From: Marsupella aquatica
Taxonomy: Eukaryota > Plantae > Marchantiophyta
Assembly: GCA_973895155.1 (NCBI GenBank)
Contig: OZ316895.1
Span: 9,908,184-9,972,183, forward strand
Direction of reading: 5' to 3'
DNA: 64,000 bases
Part shown: one piece after another, positions 17,301 to 31,400 of the stretch
How the letters are laid out: every line of letters begins with the position of its first letter
Position numbering within the stretch: position 1 is the stretch's first letter
Notes under the pieces: model-generated
Told to the model about the DNA's origin: nothing
Database searches by the model: none
The model's input: only the letters and a program-made list of their open reading frames with translations
Translations under genes and position numbers: made by a program

Positions 17301-19502
17301 TCTGGATACCCGACATCGCCGATAAAACTGCAAAAAGCTCAACGATACATAATCAGGATTTGCTCGAGACTCTTTTATTAACTGCAAGTAACTCAATCTG
17401 GAGCTCAACGCAGAAATTTCAGGCCTGGAACTAGTGTACGATGCTATGATCATATGGTTGTGAATTGATCAAGAGTCTTATACTATGCAAGGACTACAGT
17501 ACATCTTCAGGAGAAACCCGAGATAGACCAATCCGGTGCTTCATGACCATGAGAAGAGTCCTTGGACTGGGAAACCTTACCTGAAATCGCGGGCGTCAGG
17601 ACACCGTCTCCAATCACGGCACACGTGCCAAGGAGTGCAACTGTGAGGAGAAGTCCTTGCAGAAGTCTGCTCGTTCTAAGCTTTTCCTTGATCCGTTCCG
17701 CCCGATCCAGGTTGCTCATATTCTTCGGCTGCAATAGTGAATACGACGACATCGCCTTGTCCTCAGGGGCTTCGTTTGTTGAAACCTTGATCCCGGCGAT
17801 TCGACAGATGAGGGAGTAGAGGGCGAACGTTCCTCCTGTAGCGATCATATACCACATCCATCAGACCTTGAGGATGGAAGAGAGGTACTTACGTGACAAC
17901 TCCTCTGCCTTCTATTCTCGCACATAACAAAATAACATCACCTCACACACCCTCATCATCCAAACTCGCGTCCTCGCTCGAATCGTTACTCTCAGGACTT
18001 CTAACCATGACACACCGATTCCTCCCGATCCAAGCAGAATTATGTTATGAGCCAAATTTCACCGAGACCATCGATCTCTCGACGTTCTAGCCTAAACATT
18101 CAAATTATAAGCTGTGCACGATAGGATCCGAATTGGAAACGACCGAAGCACATGAGTTCGAGTCCTGAAGCTATGCTAGGATAGGCTAAAGAAGAACAAT
18201 CGATTCCGATCAAACGTTGACAACTTTCACTGTAGAACTGAGCTTACCATTGCCTTTGTCGTTCGCCTGCAAGACGATGAAGATGTACTTGACGAGAGGA
18301 ACGAGCAGGACTGTGTAGAAGATCAGTGATAAAGCACCCAGTACTTCCTTCTCTGCAGGAGGACTATGGAACACGGTATCGTACACGTAAAGCGGAGATG
18401 TGCCCAAGTCTCCATACACTATTCCGAGCGTTTGAAACGCCAGTCGGAGCGTGACGAACAACGGCTTCTTGTCCGTCTGCACATAGTCCGGAGCTGACAG
18501 AATGAGATTCTACCGCAAGCTAGAGAAGAAAGTAACGACGATGAATTCGACACACGGCTAGACAAGGAAGGTTATAACGAATTGACGAGCGAATGGCCAC
18601 CCGTTGCGTCAATTAAAATCTCGATTCTTCGACCTCTCACGAGACATATTCTCTTCCTTTCTTTTCCTTCCGTTTCCTTCCGTTTCCTTCCTGACGAATT
18701 GTGGGGTCAGCGGTGACTGCAATAGAAACCGAGCTTGTAGACTCACTGGTACCGAACAATGCTGTAATTCATACGCCTAGCTAGCCAGTCTAATTTATGA
18801 TGCATTCTTAGGATCCACAACAATAGCTTGCTTGTACCCTGATATATGCCACGAAGCCATGATTGTCTTGGCCGCTTTTTCGGAGCTCATCACGAATCTT
18901 CACTATCTAGAAGCCTTTCGCGACAAACGATTAACGGCACACGTCAAACCCCCCACCCCCCGTGCACAACTGGCTCAAATTTACTGTGAACACACCTCCC
19001 ATTTAGACGGACGTAATCATAGTGGTACTTTGACAGATATCCATAGATGATCAGCAACATCATTCCTTCCAGAGCCAACGAGGAGCTAGAGTATGCTAAC
19101 TGAGCATTGACTCTCTTCAACAAGATGGGAGTGATCAAGTCAGAATCAAACCCCGACCACTTTCGTCACACGGAGAGAAGACCGAGAGTTCTTCAAAACT
19201 CAATATGTTCGTCAAGACTCAGGACCGTTCTGCGTACGAATTCAATAGCTTTGAACAGATGAGCGAAGTCCAAAGCGCACGTGGACACTCACCCTGCCAT
19301 AGGTCCCCGCCAATGATTTCAGGCTGTTCGCGTCTCTTGCGAACGAATCTACCTTCCTGAATCCTCCGCGTTCGCTGCCAACAAGCCCAGTCTCCGTAGA
19401 CGGGTCGAAGGAAGCGTGGCGCACTTGTTTGCCCTCCCACTCGTCTGCAGCAGCCCCGCCACTCGGTGGTGGGCTGAACTCTACATCTCGAATAGCTGCC
19501 AT
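14346..19502 (-). CDS. HAK5: High-affinity potassium transporter, KT/HAK/KUP family (HAK5-like), about 814 aa
   Basis: Nine exons: 19502-19293, 18476-18248, 17835-17581, 17327-17274, 16979-16722, 16531-16479, 16328-16214, 15947-15693, 15361-14346 (2445 nt, frame-consistent). Motifs [77 protein letters not shown]. The N-terminal RKVDSF resembles the HAK5 regulatory site. Exact orthology is uncertain. Confidence 0.93.
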
Positions 19503-19541
19503 CCTCGCTCACGGGCCTCCGTTCGAGTCTCTCCCTGTCGC

Positions 19542-19661
19542 CTAGCTCGCTCGCTCAATCTCTTTCTCCTGCGCACAGCGGAAGGATGTCGACGACGAGA
19601 CCGTCGAGGACAGAGGCCGCCCGCCGGAGTGGGAGAGAGGGAGACTCCTACGACGAACCAT
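19542..19661 (-). promoter_or_regulatory. Candidate 39-aa upstream ORF in the HAK 5' leader
   Basis: ATG at 19661 to TAG at 19544-19542 (MVRRRSLPLSHSGGRPLSSTVSSSTSFRCAQEKEIERAS*), lying between the TATA box and the main ATG. Confidence 0.45.
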
Positions 19662-19716
19662 CGATGACAGGAACGATTGCAACGTCCCAGTGTTTCGATA
19701 CATTCAAATTCGTCTG

Positions 19717-19724
19717 TTTATATA
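19717..19724 (-). promoter_or_regulatory. Putative TATA box of the HAK gene
   Basis: TATATAAA on the minus strand about 215 bp upstream of the ATG, in a GC-rich context. Confidence 0.55.
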
Positions 19725-22700
19725 CGCTCCGCTGCCTGCTCTGACCCGCGAATCTCCCCTTCCCCTCCTGCTACTCCTCCCATTCATTCTCCCTATCCCT
19801 GGCCCCCAATTTGCAGCTGCTCACTAAATGCGCCCTGTCGGTCGAAGCTCCCTGTTGACTTTGAAAAGCAACAACCCATCGCCAATTAATGGACTGCCCA
19901 GCGAGCATCCACTTATTCCACGATTCGCCTGGCCATCCAGCCATCCAGCCATCCAGCAGCCAAGTTGTGTAATGCTCTCGACTCATTGGCAAGCTCGAGA
20001 ATTGCAGCACACCATAAAAAGCAATTCAAGCGAGCAATGGGCAGCTAGCTCGACGTTTCGAAGCTCTTGAACTGAGTTGATCATGAGATCTGCAGCTCCT
20101 ATTGAGCTCGGTCTCTCTATTCCCTCCCCCGGTCAACAATTCAACCCATCAGAAAAAAGTTTCTCCGCAACCCACCATGCATCAGTGTGTCCCACCCTCT
20201 TTCTGCCCGGACTGGATCTGGATTCTTGGATTCGTGTCGAGAGCAGCAAGCAAAGGAAGCTTCTGTACAACCCGCAAACTGCGACTTTATCCTGGCTTCT
20301 CTGCGTATTGCACACCTTGGGCCCGGGATTGAAAGGGGTCCTGAAGTTCTACCAAGTAATTCTCAGAACTCCTTCCGCCGAGCAGGGATTTCTGCAGGGT
20401 GGAAGGACGAACGTCAGCTGGACCCACCAATGTGACATCGGAAATTATTCAACGCGTACGTAAAGTAACCGCGTTAACATGATTTCCAGAAATAAAATAA
20501 ACGAGCGGTGCGCATCCTTCATCGCGGCCCAATTGCTGTGGATGGTTAGATCGTTGCGGACAAATATTAGTCCCTTCGAATGCATGCATCAATTGGACAA
20601 ATTTTAGTATCCCCAATTTCTCGCGGCGTCCCGATCGATGACCTTACCTGCAGGATCAGCGGTACTAGTGGCTTTGAGCTACCGTGGCGGTCCTCTCGAC
20701 TGGTGATCAACTGGCACATGAAGTTTCCTGCCCATTTCAGCCCCCAACTCTCGAATGAAACTCTGTCTGGCCGGGAAGGTATTGTTTTCTATGCAGGGTC
20801 GATCCTCATTCCAGCCTCCACTCACTCCAACTTCTAATTAAGCAAACAGACCTCCCCTGGCTGCACCAAATAAGTCTAACTGTAGATGTGACTTAGGAGA
20901 CACCCCCGGTAAACAGCACAGGTCAGGATTGGACCAATGCCCAAAAGTGACATCGATCGGCAGTTTTTCCCTCGCCTTCATATGTAGGTGCTCAGCTCCG
21001 GCCGGCCATGTGCGGGTTATACATGACGGATCATATCAGATCGACCATTTTCGGTGTCCACCCTTCGCAGTCAGGGTCGACCCCGGCCTTCAAGTCGCCT
21101 GGCTTGGTTTCGCTTCTGTATAATTTCCGGTTTGCATGACTGTGTATCCGGAGGAGTCCATCTTCATCCAGCTTGGGCTGGGTCGAACTGGGGGCAAGAA
21201 ATATTGCACACGATTGGGATCAATTGGGATCGGAGGCAATGATCTCCTGTAAATGATCGAGTCTGGCCATTCATCAACAGGAAAGGAAAGACTGTGGAGG
21301 AAGCTATACATGTTCCTAATGCGTTCACGACGAATGTATCGTCTCGATGAGAATTAATATTGTACAGATGGCTTTCTTGTAAGACACGGCTAGCTAGACA
21401 CAAGCACTGTGGACATAATTACGCTGACGTACCATCGATGGTTGCCAATAAAAAACCAACCGCATTGCGGAATAATTATAATTTTGTTTGTAGTGTTGAT
21501 CTCAATACATGCCGACAGATCAGAGTAGGGAATTTGCGGATTGACATGTTGACAGGTTTTTCAACACATCTGCCCTCCGAACCGTACGAGAGGCTTTCAC
21601 TTCAAACAGCTCTCACCTTCGATCTCCACTTATAACTATGAACTTTAAATCTTATGATTCAAATGTCTATGGGAGGGACCATCCGAAGGCATTGTAGCAT
21701 AAATTTACTAGCTTACCTGAGATGGATTCATAAGTAAATGCCGGGATTACTCCCAGCAAGGATAAGCTTGATTCTCTTCCGAATAATGGAGATACGAACG
21801 CGGACGGACCATTGAAAATTGGAGCTCGACTTAAACAGCTCGAGTTGTACAAGCAGCGATCCCGGAGCTGAAATGTTGTGTGCGTGTTGGCGCCATGAAG
21901 GCGCTTTGGGAGAAATTGCAACCCAGACAGACAAGTAGATGCAGAGAAATCAGAATCAATGTACAGTTCGAGCTGTTCAAGTCGAATATTGATTTCCAAA
22001 ACCCGGTCACATGTCAATCCGTGATTCTCAACTTTGATCTCTCGGCATTTGCTCATCCGAGTTACGCTGCTAACATGCAAAGAAAGTTTAAGCTCTTGAA
22101 TTAACATATAACTCTAGTTGTTCAAATCATCCATGCTTGCCCTATCATATAATTTTAGTTGTTTAAATCATCCATGCTTGGCCTAATGATTGGTATTCTT
22201 TATCTCAGTGATGGCTCAGGTGAATCTTGAACTTGATGCCATAGAGAAAGACAATGCTAGCAATTTTAAGCATTATTATATTCTATATTTTTGCTTTTCA
22301 AGGTCTCCAATTAAATCATGGATAGAAAAGTGAATGAGGTCACCAATGTGCGGGGGCCAGCATTGTGCTGTAGGCAGCATCTGATGGTAATAGACGAGTC
22401 TGGTAGGCAAATAGTAGCTTCGTACGTACTAGTCCGAGCTCAGATACGATTATGGCGTCTCGATCCGTCGGCCCGTTGCCTCTTCACAATCATCTTCTCA
22501 CCTGGCCATAAGGCCATTGAATATAGCTTCCAGAAATATAGCTCAATATGTTTTTCCAGTGAGAGAAAGAATCATAAAATATCCTTCCAGCTTTCACCTT
22601 TAGTGACAGACAGCACAGCGATTCCGTTGACTGTCCCGAACACATGCTTGGAAAAAACCTTCCTCAACTGCCCGCTTTTTCCATGCCGGGATCTTTCCTT

Positions 22701-24242
22701 TCTGGAACGGAAATTTTCATTGACGAATAAAATCCCAATAACATAAAATTCCGTGCGTCCTTTCGGCCTAATTCACACGTGAGATAAAGTATCATCATGT
22801 CCACTGATTGCAAAAGGAGAGCAGTATAATGAATCGGATGGAAGATAGGGAGTCTGAATAAAATTATTATGAGCACCAACCCGAGAATTATGGAGCTCCT
22901 AAAATTCCGCAGAAATTGTCCAATTCAAATCCAGATAGCTCTCGCCTTTGTGCGGTCGAAGTTCGAGCGAGAATTCCCACTCGCGGCGCCGCGGGCACAC
23001 AGCAACCGCACCTGCAGGACAAACAGAAGATGCCGTCAGACTTCGAAGCTCTAGCACGGCAACACTTCCTTGCACGCCTCGCCGGCCCTCATTCGGCGAC
23101 AAAACAGAAGTCCGCTCAGCGTTTGCAATACTCAACATGTGTCAAACTGTGTAAGTAGAAAAGTATAATGAAGACACAATTGAAGGGTTTCGAAAGCACA
23201 AATACAGATCTACAGCAGTCATGTTATATTCCATATGATCTCGCTGACCGTCAGATGACTTCTCGGTTGGGATAGGTCTGAAGAAACTCGAATCAGCTGG
23301 AACACATGAGATTTTCGATCATGGCGAATGGGTTTTCGGTCTATATCCGAAATTCTAATTCAGGGGCGTTCGATCAGGGGGCTGTCAGCTCGTCGGAAGA
23401 CTTCGTTGGACTTCCTGCGAAAAGTCTCTTCTGATCAAGTTCACATTATATACCTTTTCAACTTCGTGACGGCAACACAATCAGACAATGAATCCCTGAG
23501 TGAGACTGGTAGCCCCCAACCTCGCCCCCCAACGAGAAACATTACAGAAGGACCTGAGCACGAATATCACCAGAAATCTAGAGTTGCCGTATTCAGCCTT
23601 GCCAATTCACGGCATCCAGAATCCTGAAAGCAAAGCAAACATGGCTGATTGACCAATTTTCATCCCTTCAAAGCGTTAATGAATACACCCATTCAATCAC
23701 GGTGGCACGCCCCACCGGTCATATCTTTAGCATCATTGTCAGGCAGTCCGAAGGGGGAAATTACAGTACTGCTGGATATATTGGCATCGTCACTTGAATT
23801 CGAAGACCCAGCTCCTGTGCTTACTGGCATTCTATATAGAAAGTTCAGCACGAGAAGCTTTCTCATCCCAGTTGATCGATGGGCAATGTCATCACAATTG
23901 ATTTTGTAAGACCCAGCTCGAGTATTGACAGGAATCGATCCTCTCTAGAAAGCTCAGCACATTCCACATAGCTTAATTGTAACCTGACTGTTGACCGCCA
24001 CTGAGCTGATGAAATCAATCTGGAGCATTAGCAACGACATCAGCTAAAGTAGCTCATCTTACCATACATCACCTCAGTTGCAGTTCATATCAAAAGCTCA
24101 ATCTGCAATGGTTCTTGTGATTGGCCGAAAATTCCAGCTCACTGAAAGTCTTTGCCACTTGTGGCCAAACTTTTGTGAGGTTGTTTGTCTTGGATAAGAC
24201 AGGTTCTGCAAAGACCCCATTAGACGGAATTTGACGTTGGTG

Positions 24243-24600
24243 GTTAAATCTAGGGAGGTCTAACGGACAGGACTTAATGTACGAAAAAATTATAACAGGA
24301 ACATGCTAAGCATCTTCTCCTTCACACAAGGTGACATCAAATATCTTCTGGCGGGTATCACTAAATCTAGGGAGATCTGATCTGACAGGAAATATTCTAG
24401 GAAAATTATAGAGGGAATATGCTGAGTATTTTTCCTTCAAAGACGGCCACATGAGCCACCTGAGACTGTTATTTATAAATCTGGCTTGAACTAATGGACA
24501 TCCTTAAATTTGGGAGAACTAATGGACCGGAATTAATTTAGTAAAATTATATAAGGAATATCATGAGCATCTTCTCCTTCAGACATGGTGACATCACACA
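24243..24600. repeat. Three degenerate direct repeats of about 115-140 bp
   Basis: TAAAT(C/T)T(A)GGGAG...AAAATTATA...GGAA.AT...AG(C/T)AT(C/T)TT(C/T)TCCTTCA recurs three times. Confidence 0.6.
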
Positions 24601-24997
24601 CCTTGGCTCTCTCCACCAAGGTTTTCTCCAAAAGACCTTCCTAAGTGCACACTCCTCGGAACCAGCCAGTGATTTGCACTTACAGGTGGTTTTGACTACT
24701 TGATAAGTGCACTTTTCCAGACTTGGCACTTGTAGATGACCAATGGAATGACTTTTTTGCTGCTGGAGTGCCTCGATGGTCAGTCATTCCTCTTCCCTCT
24801 ATCCCTTGCATTATTAGGGAAGTTGCCATCTCATGTTCACCTAAGATTCTTCTGCCCTGGCTAATCCATGATTGTATATTCCTTGGGTTGTACATCCTTG
24901 TAGTAAGTTGCCATCTCGATTTTCTGTTATTTTGTGTTCAAGGTAGGATTATTGTGGCTCGCTTGAACCATGACTGAACGTCCCTATAGTAAACGCC

Positions 24998-25107
24998 TGT
25001 CAAGTATTTCATAAGTGCAACATCAAGTCTACATCAAAATGACATGCACTCGCATGTCAACTATTTCATAAGTGCAACATCAAGTCTACATCAAAATGAC
25101 ATGCACT
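24998..25107. repeat. Tandem duplication of about 57 bp
   Basis: TGTCAA.TATTTCATAAGTGCAACATCAAGTCTACATCAAAATGACATGCACT occurs twice. Confidence 0.85.
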
Positions 25108-27862
25108 TCTCCGCTAGAGTTCCGCACAGGATGCTATTACTTATAAGTTCATATAGCATGCTCTTCCTGGAACATGCTTAAGTTTTTTGTCTTGTATGAT
25201 CTGAAAGTAAATAAAACATGCCAGCATAACTAGAGGGATAAAATAATGTAAGTAAAGTGCCTACCAAGAAAAGCTAAGCACAGTGACCAATGAGAAGCAC
25301 AGTCAACTTTTATGACATACGCTTTGTGCATTTATTTCAATGTGCCTTATGAATGACACTCATTTTAATAAAAACCATAAACTTAGGAAAGAAAGACATG
25401 AGGGGAACTTAACACACTCTGTTGACATTATTTAGAATCATTTCTCTCATTCATTAGAATACTTTGCTCAAGTGGTGGAGCAACTTGTTTCATCTCTAAG
25501 AGATCACAAACTTTAAAAGTTATAGCCAAAAAAAGTTCTTTAAAAATTATTTTAAAAAGTATATGACACAAAGGCTGCCCCTTGATATGGCACATTGAAT
25601 TAAAAATACATGACAAAAAAATTTTGAATGAGATAAAATCTGAAAGGTGGATTCACCATATATAGGAGCTTCAAAAATTTCCTATAAGTTCACAAACACC
25701 CTTGTAGACTTTTTGCACTTGACTATTTTTCTTGTAGGGGAGCACTCTGCATGCTTAGACATGAGCTTAAAAACAACGCAAACTGGTTGGGGAAATAGGG
25801 AATAACTATCACCCTTGCAATAAGGATAGGTTTTCACTTACAAAGTGTGCGCTCCAGAAGATTGTACTTTACTAACGTTGTCCGGAAAGTTTTGGCCAAA
25901 CGGGGGCAGCACACAGCCTCAAAAACATTTTTCAAAACTGTCCATAAAGTGTTCTCACAACTTAAAAACAGGAGTTACGGGAGGCTGCAAAATAGCCTAC
26001 TCGTAGCCTTTCGAGTCTATACTTGTGTTTTAATGACAAGGGCTGCACAGTACCAAAGCGAGCAGGAACAAGGAGCGGGAGAGAACATAGAGGGCTCTAT
26101 GATTTCTGCTGAGGTGCCTGAGCTTGGGGCGACTCCATGTCCTGCCCCGATATCAATTTGTTGTAGCTCTGACAAAAGCTCTGCTAGAGAAAGCTACGTG
26201 AACAGCCAACCTCTCTGCATGGCAAAGAAATCTGACTATGGCTCTCAACCTGGAGGTGGGGATCGTAAGAAGAAGGTGTCGCTTGATTCCCAGATGCTAG
26301 CGACGTTGAAAGCTAGCTATCTCGCTCACACATTTCCCACAGTACTACAAGGGGAAGATGGGAAAAGTGCAGAAGGTTCCAACCAAGGTGTGGCATAAGG
26401 TGTATGAAGATTATGTGAAGGAAATGGAGAGGTTGTGCATGGCGAAGGGGATTTTACCCCCACCTGACAGTGAGAGACCCTCACAGAGACAAATGCAGGA
26501 TGCTCTAAGAGAAAATATCAATTCTGAGACTACTAGCATGAGTGATCCGAAGGATGCTGAGATAGTAGTTGTGCAACCTGAGAGTGGTGGACCTTGCCAC
26601 CCAGCGCCCTCACAAATCCCAGCACTCATGCCTAAGTGCTCCTGGTGCCCAAATACCTCCACGGAATACCTCGAGCAAGCAACCTAGTGCCCCTTGCACC
26701 GCCAACGGCCCCTCCCATACGAAGCCGCACTTGCCCTCCAACATGACCGCTACTCAACGGTCCTCACTGTATGCACAAGCAACCAAGCACCTCAGTAAGT
26801 AACCCTTCAGGATCTAGAACTCGCCAAGTCTAGCATCCTAACTCAACCTCAACAGACGTTGGTAAATAGGGCAGTGATAGGTCCTCCCGATGCCATAAGC
26901 GGAAACCAAAACCCACGCCCACTATTCGTCCAGAACAGCTCCTTCCTTAGGTGCGGCCCGGGTTCCCCCTCGTACCTACCCATCACCAACTGACCGCCCT
27001 GACCCCAGGACATGCTCATGGCCGAAATAGCGTAGCTTGTCCTAAAGCTTGTCCCAACACGTACGCCGGGACCAGAATGACCCCGACTCTAGCAACCAAC
27101 TGATAGTTTGCCCCACTGATGGTCTAGGGGCCGAGCACCCTTGGAACTCAACCTCCACACCTACTCGGCCTTGCCTCCCCAACGCAAGCTCCATTGGGAG
27201 ACTGAACGTGGCTTGGCTGCTGTTCGGCAGGATTTGGCAAGCGGGCAAGCTAACACCCGCAAACCTCGAGAATCCATGGTTCCCCAAGACCCATTTGAGC
27301 TCAGGAGGACGTAGCCCTCATCGAGAGCTTTCCAACGCACCCAATAAGTCCTCCAACGGACTTCCCGTTCGGAAGATATCGTTGTTTTTGTTTGATGCTT
27401 TCCCTTAGTGTCACGACCGCCGCGGCTCACGACTTCGGCTCGCCCTTGGCCCCTAGGGACACACCACTCCCCTCATATATGCTTCTGGAGACCTGCCACC
27501 CCCAGACCAACTTTGGTCCCTAAATATTTGGCCTCCAACCCGGATCCTATCGCGCATACTGGGCACGCCACCAACTTGCAACGCCCATAACTTTCTCGTT
27601 AGGCGTCCGCAAGCGGAGTGCCTTAGCCCGTTGTGATTAGGCCAACCCAGTGCTCATGCCTAGGCCCTCAGGTCTCATCGCCGCTTGGGGTCCCCAATCG
27701 GCCAAACCCGGATCGGGCCATAACTCACGCCCCAAGCGCCCATTGCCCATGGCATCAACTCCATTGGCCTTGGGCCGAAGAGGAGCTCACACTCAAGCCC
27801 TCAGAACTCAAAGTTCGTCCGGGGGTTCGGATGGTCGACCTTGAGTCCGGCCCCTTTCCCCT

Positions 27863-28301
27863 TGTTGAGCATAGACGACGATCGCAACGGCAAGCCCATG
27901 AACCATCCAACGCACAATAGTCGACACAAGAGATACGTGGTTCACCTCCTTGAGGCTACGTCCACGGGAACACACAAGAGAGCTTTACTGAACTCTAAGC
28001 CCGTCGGCTATACCGAGTCTCCACAGTGTAAGCTCTCCCTATCTCTCAAGTGGCTCCATAACAATGAGCCTTGGTTCTACCTCTCCAAGCACACATGCCT
28101 CTTATGATATAGTGTGCAACTTAGTTGTACCTAACCACATAGTTGTACCTAACCACATAGTTGTACCTAATCACGTAGTTGTACCTAATCACATAGTTGT
28201 ACCTAATCACGTAGTTGTACCTAACCACGTAGTTGTACCAACCCACGTTGTTGTACCAACCACGTCATACCTAACCTAGACGTAAGAGTAAATACCCAAC
28301 A
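27863..28301 (-). repeat. 3' LTR of the Copia, with an 18-bp tandem array
   Basis: TGTTGAGC...CCCAACA; about 8 copies of TAGTTGTACCTAA(C/T)CAC(A/G) at about 28122-28265. Confidence 0.97.
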
Positions 28302-28492
28302 ATCTTCCCCTTGACTCTGGTCTAGGGGAGAGTAATACTGCCAATGTATATGATCCCTCAGCGGGAAGTTCTGGACAGAAACCAAACCGGTTTCCCTCTC
28401 TAACTAGAGCAAACCAGAACTAAGCCGTAGCCTAATACATAGGAATGAGGAAGAACATATATCAGTAATTACAATGAATGTTTAAGAAAACT

Positions 28493-31400
28493 CTACTTGT
28501 GATGCAATTGCAAAACCTGCAATACGTCACGGTGTCTAGAGAAACTCTCCAAAGGAATCACTTTGGTAAATGCGTCAGCCGGGTTGAGTTTACCATCAAT
28601 CTTGACTAGCTCAAACAAATTATCAGACACAGCCTGCCTGATAAAATGGTACCTAACGTCAATGTGCTTCACTCTGCTGTCCATCACCTGGTTCACAGCA
28701 AGGTGGAGCGCACTTTGTCTATCACAATGGAGCTTCACATTCCCCTGTGGCAATCCCATTTCAGTGATAAGTCTATCCAACCAAATCGCTTCCTTTGCTG
28801 CTTCCGCAGCTGCAACATACTCCGCTTATGTAGTAGACTGAGCAATACACTTCTGCAAAGTAGACCTCCAACTTATGCATCCACCGCCAAGTGTGAACAC
28901 GTATCCTGTTGTTGATCTCCTTCGGTCCAAATCTTGTCCATAGTCAGAATCTACATAGCCAATCAATGATCTAGCATTCTTTGCATTCGCATCAAATAAA
29001 AGACCATGATCCACGGTACCCTTCAAGTACCTGATAATCCACTTCACTGCTTCCCAATGTACCTTCCCTGGATTCGACATGTACCTGCTCACCTTGCCCA
29101 TAGCCATGGCAAGATCAGGTCTAGTGCAAGTCATCAAATACATGAGACTCCCCACTGCCTTGTCATATGGAACCTTTGACATCAACCCCTTCTCTGTGTC
29201 ATCCGTAGGACAGAACGCTGATGATAACTTGAAGTGTGGAGCCAACGGGGGTACTTACTGGCTTGCTATTCTCCATGTTGAACCTTGCAATTACCTTCCT
29301 CGCATAACTGCTCTACGTCAACCATAGCTTGCCAGCCTCCAAGTCCCTAGTGATCTCCATACCCAAAATCCTCTTAGCTGGCCCTAAGTCCTTCATCTTA
29401 AACTCTGCACTAAGCAGTGCCTTGAGCTTAACAATCTCAGACTTATCCTTGGCTGCAATTAGCATGTCATCCACATAAAGTACTAAAACAATGAACCCAA
29501 AGACAACATTCTTCACCGGTTTCAAATACACACAAGGGTCAAATACACTTCTGTGAAAACCTTGTGACCGAATCCAATCGTCAAACCGCTTGTTCCACTG
29601 TCTTGGTGACTGCTTCAACCCATACAAGGATTTCAGCAATCTGCAAACCAATTCCTCCTGTCCTCTCTTCACAAAACCTAGCGGTTGTCTCATGAAGATC
29701 ACCTCTTCCAATGTGCCATAGAGGCAAGCTGTGACAACATCCATCTGATCTAGGAGCAGACCAAACATTACAACAAGTACACACAATAGTCGTATTGTAG
29801 AGTACTTAGCAACTGGTGAGAAGACCTCATTGTAATCCACACCTTTCTCTTGTGTGAATCCCTTTGCTACCAATCTAGCCTTGTAGACCTTCGATCCACC
29901 TCCTATGGAATTATCCTTCAGCTTGTAAATCCACTTGCTGTCCACCACTTGCTGACCCTTAGGCAGCTTAACAAGCTCCCAAGTTTTGTTGTCCTTTAGT
30001 GACTGCATCTCCGTTTGCATTGTTGTAGTCCACTTCTGCTTCTCCTTTGAAGCACTTGCCTCATGAAATGAAGAAGGTTCTCCTTCTTCCAAAATTAACG
30101 CATCACCCTCATCATCAGCTGTAAAATCATCCTCTTGCAGTTGAGATGAATCAACCCACTATCCATACCTTGGTGGAGCGCGTACAGTGCGACCAGATGT
30201 TCTTCTAGCCGATGACTCCGGTTTATCTGCGTGTGCTGGTATAATTTGAAGCTCAACAGCATCCACTTGCTGCTCACCAGCATCAACAAACTCCTCTGGT
30301 TCCTCTGGCACAGGAACCAGCTCCATAATTGGAGCAACTCCTTCTCTCCTGTCATGCACCTCATAACCAATCTCCCCCTCAACGAGATCCGGGATAGGAG
30401 ATTTTCCTTTGTCAGTACGGGAGACCTGAGTATTCTCCCCCTCTTTCAATAATCTGGATTCATTGAAGGAAACATCCCTACTGACAACGAGCTTACAGGC
30501 AATAGGATCCCATAGCCTATAGGCTTTCACACCACTCTGGTACCCAAGAAAAATACATTTCCTGGAGGTAGGATCCAACTTGGTCCTATTCTACTTTGGT
30601 GTGAGAGCATATGCATCACTTCCAAAAACTACCAAGCCATGATAGTCTGCTTGCCGCTTATAGCGCATCTCAAACGGCGTTTTGAAATTGATAGCACTAG
30701 AAGGAGAAAGATTTACCAAATAAGCTGCGGTATTGACAGCTTCTGCCCAAAATTCTTGTGGTAAACCTGATTGGCTCAACATACTCCGTGACCGCTCCAA
30801 CAGTGTCCGATTGAGCCTCTCAGCGACACCATTCTACTGCGGAGTATAAACTGTGGTGAGATGGCAAGTTATCCCCTGTTCTGAACAGTACTCTTCAAAT
30901 TCCATTGAAGTGTACTCCCCGCCGTTGTCTGACCTCACACTCTTCACCCTTGTATCCAAACACTTGATCGTGTTTCCAGTCTGATTCTCCACCTGGGCCT
31001 TCCACTTCTTAAAAATGGACAAGACATCAGACTTATGCGTCATGAAATAAATCCACACAAATCTTGAGTAATCATCAATAAATGATACATAGTACAACTT
31101 TCCAGAGTGTGAGGGAGTCGGGGATGGACCCCACACGTCACTATGTATGTACTCAAGAACCGCTTTGGAACGATGAGTTCCAACACCAAAAGCACGACGA
31201 TGCTGCTTTCCAAGAATGCAATGCTCACAAAACTCTAATTTACAAGATTGCAAATCAGAAATGAGTCCATTCTTCCGTAAGATAGCCAAACCCTTCTCAC
31301 TCATGTGGCCTAGCCGTGAATGCCACAGTTGAGTCATCTCCTCGTGAGACTTGGTTACATTGGCCTCTCCACATACAGTATTGCCCTGTAACACATACAA

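Noticed and set aside
20077-24200. Many 60-146 aa ORFs upstream of HAK
   Set aside because: Mostly non-ATG starts on both strands with no domain signal; treated as intergenic or promoter DNA.
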